Source of the DNA: Alphaproteobacteria bacterium
GTDB lineage: Bacteria; Pseudomonadota; Alphaproteobacteria; SHVZ01
NCBI GenBank assembly: GCA_016869285.1
Contig: VGEN01000004.1
Location: 365 to 64,364, forward strand
Direction of reading: 5' to 3'
DNA: 64,000 bases
Positions 59,070 to 64,000 of the stretch are shown piece by piece. Under the pieces are notes generated by a model, which was not told the DNA's origin, did no database searches, and saw only the letters and a list, made by a program, of their open reading frames with translations. The position numbers and the translations under genes were made by a program. Each line of letters begins with the position of its first letter. Position 1 is the stretch's first letter.

Positions 59070-60068
59070 CTACTTCTTCCGCGCCTTCCACTTCGCCAGC
59101 AGGTCTCGTTCCTTCTCGCGCGTCATCGCCGCCGCCACCGGCGGGTCCTTCTCGCCCTTCCACCACGCCAGGGTGTCCTTCGCCGTCTCCGCCAGCGGCC
59201 GGTGCTTCAATCCCGCCGGGATAGAGCGATCGAGCGAGATCGTCGCGAAAAGTGGACGCTTCTCCGAGCCCGGCAGCCAGATCGGCATCTCGGTGTAAGG
59301 CTTCACCTCTTTCTCGACCAGGAACTCGGCATCGACCCAGGTCAGCTTGGCGGTCGAGGCGACCGTCTTGCCGATCGCATCCAGCATCTCGGCCATGGTC
59401 AGGCGCTTGGCCGGACCGGTGGCATTGTAGACGCCTGCCGCCCTCTTCTCGACCATGTGCAGCGTGAAGGCGGCAAGGTCGCGCGCGTCGATGAACTGCA
59501 CCGGGCGCTCTGCCGGTCCCGGCGCCAGCACCTCGCCGCCCTCGGCAAGGCGGGTCACCCAGTAGGTGAATCGGTTGGTGTGATCGCGCGGCCCGACGAC
59601 GAGGCCCGGCCGGATGATCAGCGTGCCGTCGCCGTAGATCTGGTGCGCGGCGTCCTCGGCCAGCGCCTTGAGCGCACCGTAATCCTTGTTGTCGCGGAGC
59701 TCATGGTCGGGCGTGTCGGTCTTCGCCAGCTCGAAATCCTCGCTAACCGCCGGTGCCGGCCGCCAGTCGGCGTATACCGACACTGTCGAGATGAAGCAGA
59801 AATGCCGCACCGTCGGTTTCACTGCCTCCGCCAGCATCCGCACATGCCGGCGAAAATAGCCGCTGACATCGATGCAGGAGTCGAATTTCCTGCCCTTAAC
59901 CGGGGAGACGTCGACGGTGCGGTCGGCCTGAATGCGCTCGACCCCCGGGAACAGGCCCTGGCCGGACTGGCCGCGGTTGAGCAGCGTCACCTTGTGGCCG
60001 CGGGCGAGCGCAGTCTCGACGATGTGGCGCCCCACGAACTGGGTGCCGCCGGCAATCAGCAGGTCCAT
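59070..60068 (-). CDS. NAD(P)-dependent epimerase/dehydratase-family (atypical SDR) protein
   Basis: The 332-aa ORF has a GGTQFVGRHIV Rossmann motif and a YGALK (YxxxK) motif. Confidence 0.65.
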   Translation of the reverse strand: MDLLIAGGTQFVGRHIVETALARGHKVTLLNRGQSGQGLFPGVERIQADRTVDVSPVKGRKFDSCIDVSGYFRRHVRMLAEAVKPTVRHFCFISTVSVYADWRPAPAVSEDFELAKTDTPDHELRDNKDYGALKALAEDAAHQIYGDGTLIIRPGLVVGPRDHTNRFTYWVTRLAEGGEVLAPGPAERPVQFIDARDLAAFTLHMVEKRAAGVYNATGPAKRLTMAEMLDAIGKTVASTAKLTWVDAEFLVEKEVKPYTEMPIWLPGSEKRPLFATISLDRSIPAGLKHRPLAETAKDTLAWWKGEKDPPVAAAMTREKERDLLAKWKARKK

Positions 60069-60083
60069 CGGGAGGACTCCGGA

Positions 60084-61343
60084 CTAGAGGATCAAGACGG
60101 CGCGGAAGTCGTTGACGTTGGTGAGGGTCGGGCCGGTGACGACAAGGCCGCCGATGCCAGAGAAGAAGCCGTAGCCGTCATTGTCGGCAAGCCGCGCCTT
60201 GGCGTCGATGCCTTTCGCCTCGGCGCGCGCCAGCGTGTCCGGCAGCAGGATCGCGCCGGCATTGTTCTCGCTGCCGTCGATGCCGTCCGTGTCTCCGGCG
60301 ATCGCCGAGATGCGGGCATCGCCGCCGAGCGCGACCGCGAGCGCCAGCAGGAACTCGGCGTTGCGCCCCCCGCGCCCCTTGCCGCGGACGGTCACGGTGG
60401 TCTCTCCGCCGGAGAGCAGGACGACCGGCGGCTTCGCTGGCAGGCCGTGGAGCGCGGCGGAGCGCGCGATGCCGGCCATGAGCTTGCCGACCTCGCGGGC
60501 TTCCCCTTCGAGCGCGTCGCCAAGGATAACCGGCGTAACGCCCTGGGTGCGTGCGACCGCGGCGGCGGCTTCGAGCGAGGCGAGGGGACGTGCGATCATC
60601 GTGTAGCGTGTGCGCCCCAGGCGCGGATCGCCGGGCTTGGGCGTCTCGTCCTTTGCCGCCATGAAGCGCCGTCCGACGCTGTCCGGCGGGATGATGCCGT
60701 ACTTCGACAGCACGGCCTCGGCATCAGCGTAGGTGGTGGGATCGGGCACGGTCGGACCCGAGGCGATCACCGCCGGGTCGTCGCCGGGTACGTCCGAGAC
60801 CGCCAAGGTCACGACCTCCGCGGGATAGGCCATGGTGGCCAGCCGCCCTCCCTTGATCCCGGAGAGGTGCTTCCTGACCGTGTTCATCTCGCCGATCGCC
60901 GCCCCGGACCTTAGCAGCGCCGAAGTCACGGCCTGCTTGTCCTCGAGCGTGATGCCGTAGGCCGGCAGCACCAGCAGCGCCGAGCCGCCGCCCGAGATCA
61001 ACGCCAGCACGAGATCGTCGCCGGTGAGGTTCTTTACCGAATCGAGGATACGCTGCGCCGCCGCGCGCCCTCTCGCATCCGGCACCGGATGGGCCGCCTC
61101 GATGACCTCGATCCGCTTGCAGGGAACGCCATGGCCGTAACGCGTGACGACGAGGCCGGAGAGCGGCCCCGGCCAGTGCTCCTCGACCGCGCGTGCCATC
61201 GAGGCGGCGGCCTTGCCGGCGCCGACGACGATGGTGCGGCCCTTGGGCGGCTTCGGCAGGTGGCGCGGCACGGCCTTCGCCGGCTCGGCTGCGGCGAGCG
61301 CAGCGTCGAAGAGGCTGCGAAGGAAGGTGCGGGGCTCGATCAT
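60084..61343 (-). CDS. glycerate 2-kinase (MOFRL family; hydroxypyruvate reductase TtuD type)
   Basis: The ORF begins MIEPRTFLRSLFDAALAAAEP. It has a MOFRL domain with VVGAGKAA and SGGETTV motifs. Confidence 0.7.
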   Translation of the reverse strand: MIEPRTFLRSLFDAALAAAEPAKAVPRHLPKPPKGRTIVVGAGKAAASMARAVEEHWPGPLSGLVVTRYGHGVPCKRIEVIEAAHPVPDARGRAAAQRILDSVKNLTGDDLVLALISGGGSALLVLPAYGITLEDKQAVTSALLRSGAAIGEMNTVRKHLSGIKGGRLATMAYPAEVVTLAVSDVPGDDPAVIASGPTVPDPTTYADAEAVLSKYGIIPPDSVGRRFMAAKDETPKPGDPRLGRTRYTMIARPLASLEAAAAVARTQGVTPVILGDALEGEAREVGKLMAGIARSAALHGLPAKPPVVLLSGGETTVTVRGKGRGGRNAEFLLALAVALGGDARISAIAGDTDGIDGSENNAGAILLPDTLARAEAKGIDAKARLADNDGYGFFSGIGGLVVTGPTLTNVNDFRAVLIL

Positions 61344-61362
61344 CGTCGAAGTGTCGCCGAGG

Positions 61363-62166
61363 TCAGCGTTTGACGTAATCGATGTCGCAGTAGGGACCGC
61401 CCATGAACCGGGTCGAGGGCGCCTTGGGGTCGCGCTGGTCGCCATGGCTCAAGATCTGTGCGGCATAGTCCTCGGCATTGTCCTCGGGCCGGTAGTCGAC
61501 CTCCGGCACGCCGGCATTGCTCCACCACGAGCGCGTGTTCTTGGACATGCCGTAGAGCACGGCGAATTTGAGCTTGGGCGCATCCAGGCAGGCGGTGACC
61601 AGGCGCAAGAGATCCGGATAGCTGAGCCAGGTCGAGAGGTGACGCGGATCCTTAGGCTCCGGCAAGGCCGAGCCGATGCGCAGGCAGGCGACCTGCATGT
61701 CGAACTTGTCGACATACAGGCTGCCCATGTCCTCGCCGAAGGCCTTGGAGACGCCGTAATAGCCGTCCGGCCGCCGTAGCGACATCGAGTCCAGCTTCTT
61801 GGTCACCTCATGGAAGCCGATCGCGTGGTTCGAGGAGGCGAAGATCACACGCTTCACGCCATGCAGGCGCGCGGCCTCGTAGATGTTGTAGGTGCCGATG
61901 ATGTTGGCCGGCAGGATCGTCTCCCACTTGGCCTCGATCGAGTAGGCGCCGAAATGGATGATCGCGCCGGCTCCGGCGACGGCGCGCGAGACCTGCTCGA
62001 AATTCGAGATGTCGGCGACGACGCCTTCCTCGCCTTTGTGCAAAGGGGCGGGGTCTATCTTGTCGGAGACACGGAGCCGCCCGTACTTCTCGATGAGGCG
62101 AGGGCGCAGCCAGCGTCCGAGAGCGCCGGCCGCGCCCGTTAGGAGTATGGGCTTATCGGCCATCAC
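61363..62166 (-). CDS. udh: uronate dehydrogenase
   Basis: The 267-aa ORF aligns along its full length with Agrobacterium/Pseudomonas Udh. Shared blocks are ILLTGAAGALGR, FASSNHAIG, RPDGYYGVSKAFGE, RIGS..PEP and KDNAEDY. Confidence 0.7.
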   Translation of the reverse strand: MMADKPILLTGAAGALGRWLRPRLIEKYGRLRVSDKIDPAPLHKGEEGVVADISNFEQVSRAVAGAGAIIHFGAYSIEAKWETILPANIIGTYNIYEAARLHGVKRVIFASSNHAIGFHEVTKKLDSMSLRRPDGYYGVSKAFGEDMGSLYVDKFDMQVACLRIGSALPEPKDPRHLSTWLSYPDLLRLVTACLDAPKLKFAVLYGMSKNTRSWWSNAGVPEVDYRPEDNAEDYAAQILSHGDQRDPKAPSTRFMGGPYCDIDYVKR

Positions 62167-63098
62167 GCGGCCTTCTGCGTCAGGCGGGACTCGACGGCGA
62201 CGAGATCGGCGGCGAGCTTGCGCACCGGCGCGTGCAGCGGCTCGGGAAGGTTCGCGAGCAGCGGCAGCATGCGTCCCATATCGGCGATGCCGGAGAAGGT
62301 GACGGCTTCATGCAGCACCGGGATGAAGCCGTGCTTCTCGCGGAAGTCCTCGGCCGGAACGAAGATCTGCCGGATGCGCTCGGCCTCGGCCCAGTCGCCG
62401 CGGCGGATCGCGGCCAGCAGCGCGTTGCTGGTGCGAGGCGCGATGCAGACGAGGCCCGAGGTGAAAGCGGCGAGCCTGAAGTCCTTGAGGTGGGCGACGG
62501 CCGGGCGCTCGCCCATGCCGCTGACGATGCGCTCCGTGCCGATCAGTTTTACCAGCTCCTTTAGGAAAGCGTCCTCCGACGGATTGGCGCGGCTGATCGC
62601 ATACTTGACCGCGCAGAGCGCGCCGTCCTCGAACAGGCGCGCGACGCCATCGGGAGTCACCGCGCCTTCGGCCTTGATATAGAGGATCAGCGATCGGCCG
62701 AAGCGGTCGGCGACGCGCCTGAGGCCGGCGGCGACGCCGTCGACGGCGATCGGCGGCGAGGGCGGCAGCACCATCGCGGTCGGGAAGGCGCGGCTGCGCA
62801 TGACGTCGACCTGATCGATCATCTTGCCGTAGTCGGGTCCGATCGACGGGATCATCCAGGTCTCCTCGCCGGCAGTCTCGGCGAGGAAGTCGAGGATGCC
62901 GGCAAGCTCGTAGGTGCCGACGTGATAGAAGTTGGCGTTGCCGCCATACATCATCGTTCGGATGCCGCCGTCCTCGATGTGCCGGATCAGCTTGGCGTTG
63001 GCGACGCGATCGAGGGCAAGGTCGGGCAGGCGGGCCAGCGGCGGAACGGCAAGCACGGTCCGAGCGATGTCCTCCGGACGGACGGGCGAAGTCTTCAT
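62163..63098 (-). CDS. dihydrodipicolinate-synthase/NAL-family TIM-barrel protein; a candidate 5-dehydro-4-deoxyglucarate dehydratase or keto-deoxy sugar-acid aldolase
   Basis: The 311-aa ORF has a 4-nt overlap with udh and a candidate Schiff-base Lys (CAVKYA). The family assignment is moderate; the specific reaction is inferred from udh linkage only. Confidence 0.45.
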   Translation of the reverse strand: MKTSPVRPEDIARTVLAVPPLARLPDLALDRVANAKLIRHIEDGGIRTMMYGGNANFYHVGTYELAGILDFLAETAGEETWMIPSIGPDYGKMIDQVDVMRSRAFPTAMVLPPSPPIAVDGVAAGLRRVADRFGRSLILYIKAEGAVTPDGVARLFEDGALCAVKYAISRANPSEDAFLKELVKLIGTERIVSGMGERPAVAHLKDFRLAAFTSGLVCIAPRTSNALLAAIRRGDWAEAERIRQIFVPAEDFREKHGFIPVLHEAVTFSGIADMGRMLPLLANLPEPLHAPVRKLAADLVAVESRLTQKAA

Positions 63099-63182
63099 GG
63101 CGGCGCCTTTCGCGAGGGAATCCGCCGGAGAGCGTAGGGGGAGGGCTCTCCGCTCGTCAACGAATGGCCAGCAGCGGAGAAA

Positions 63183-63938
63183 TCAGCCGAACAGCCCGCT
63201 CTGCTTCATCCAGGCGTAGACGGCGTGCTTGTCCTGTTCGCGCAGATGGCTCGGGATGAAGACCTGGGCCTGGTGCAGCGGCACCTCGCGGAAGGCATCG
63301 CCCTCGCGCCGCATGATCCAGAAGCCGGAGTAGTCGGCGACGCGGCCGAAGGCTTCCGCTACGGCAAGCGTCACGCCCGGATGCATGCCGCGGCCCTTGG
63401 GGTCGACGGCGTAGTCCTTGGCGATGTTGGCACGGACGAAGGCGGCATCGACGTCGGCGAGCTGGTGCTCGAGATCGTCGCCGCAAACGATACCGCCGTC
63501 GCGGACGAGCCGCTTGGCCGCGAGGATGTCGTGGGTGACGTCCTCGTAGTAGTGCGAGCCGTCAATGTAGACGATGTCGAACTGCGCATCGGCGAGGTAG
63601 GGGGCGACCTCGTCGAAACGACCGCGGATGTGATCGATGCGCGCCTGCTTGTCGGCGAAGCGGATGTTGTGGAGGAAGAGCCCGTAGATGAGATCGAGAT
63701 CGGTCGCGGCGTCCATCGCGCGATAAGCGCCGGTCGCCGCCTTCAGTTCCTCGGCGGCGAGGTAGCGTCCCCAGGGATCGACGCAGAGGATCGTGCCGTG
63801 CCGCTCGAACTTGCCCAGAGCTTCCGCCCAGGTAAGGACCGAATGCCCGGCCCAGGACCCGACCTCGAGGATGCGGATCGGTCCTGGGGCATCCTTGACC
63901 AGGCAGACCGCTCCCGTCTGCCAGACATGCCGGATCAT
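63183..63938 (-). CDS. class I SAM-dependent methyltransferase (TylF/MycF-like O-methyltransferase fold)
   Basis: The 251-aa ORF has SAM motif I (ILEVGSWAGHS) and an acidic motif II (IVYIDGSH). Confidence 0.6.
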   Translation of the reverse strand: MIRHVWQTGAVCLVKDAPGPIRILEVGSWAGHSVLTWAEALGKFERHGTILCVDPWGRYLAAEELKAATGAYRAMDAATDLDLIYGLFLHNIRFADKQARIDHIRGRFDEVAPYLADAQFDIVYIDGSHYYEDVTHDILAAKRLVRDGGIVCGDDLEHQLADVDAAFVRANIAKDYAVDPKGRGMHPGVTLAVAEAFGRVADYSGFWIMRREGDAFREVPLHQAQVFIPSHLREQDKHAVYAWMKQSGLFG

Positions 63939-64000
63939 GCTGTCGGGCCCCGACTGGATGCTGACCAGCTGATCGGGGAAGTAGGGCGCGTCCGGAGACA

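Overview
The window is a high-GC (about two-thirds G+C) chromosomal segment that looks alphaproteobacterial, probably Hyphomicrobiales/Rhizobiales. That guess rests on the yejABEF operon, the irr gene next to rubrerythrin and DUF3501, the sdhCDAB gene order, a membrane-anchored cytochrome c, and an inositol-monophosphatase-type hisN. I call 61 protein-coding genes plus one frameshifted gene, with coding density above 90%. I found no rRNA, tRNA, CRISPR array, transposase, integrase or phage genes. Most long ORFs that run antisense to recognisable genes are the usual high-GC artefacts and are ignored.

The housekeeping backbone is: ggt (5'-truncated by the window edge), rpsD, a TrmJ-like RNA methyltransferase, cimA/leuA-family synthase, yejABEF, hisN, cytochrome c, kdsB, pheA, sdhCDAB, tam, an RlmI-like methyltransferase, and asd.

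The accessory content, in window order:
- 1.8-11.5 kb: an unusual locus with a Dpp-type peptide ABC importer that has no binding-protein gene, an MlrC-type M81 peptidase, diaminopropionate ammonia-lyase, a threonine-dehydratase-like enzyme, two tandem class II aldolases and a small TIM-barrel protein.
- 31-35 kb: a lipoprotein esterase, a formamidase and a nitronate monooxygenase, followed by irr, rubrerythrin, a CCG-domain Fe-S protein and DUF3501.
- 37.9-40.2 kb: a PhyH-family dioxygenase, a response regulator with an unrecognised C-terminal domain, and a DUF962 protein.
- 41.3-48 kb: the amino-sugar recycling genes murQ, a SIS-domain gene and nagA, bracketed by two paralogous TPR/GT41 (O-GlcNAc-transferase-like) genes. 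One of these is broken by a 1-nt shift in a T6 tract.
- 48-59 kb: an uncharacterised catabolic island with two acetolactate-synthase-like TPP enzymes, a proline-racemase-family epimerase, a D-amino-acid-oxidase-like flavoenzyme, an N-formylglutamate-amidohydrolase-like protein, an ADP-forming acyl-CoA synthetase and a KynB-like cyclase.
- 59-64 kb: a uronate dehydrogenase cluster.

Non-coding signals seen: a family of GC-rich palindromic repeats with two copies, an Irr/ICE-like box upstream of rubrerythrin, an intrinsic terminator, and an AT-rich promoter island.
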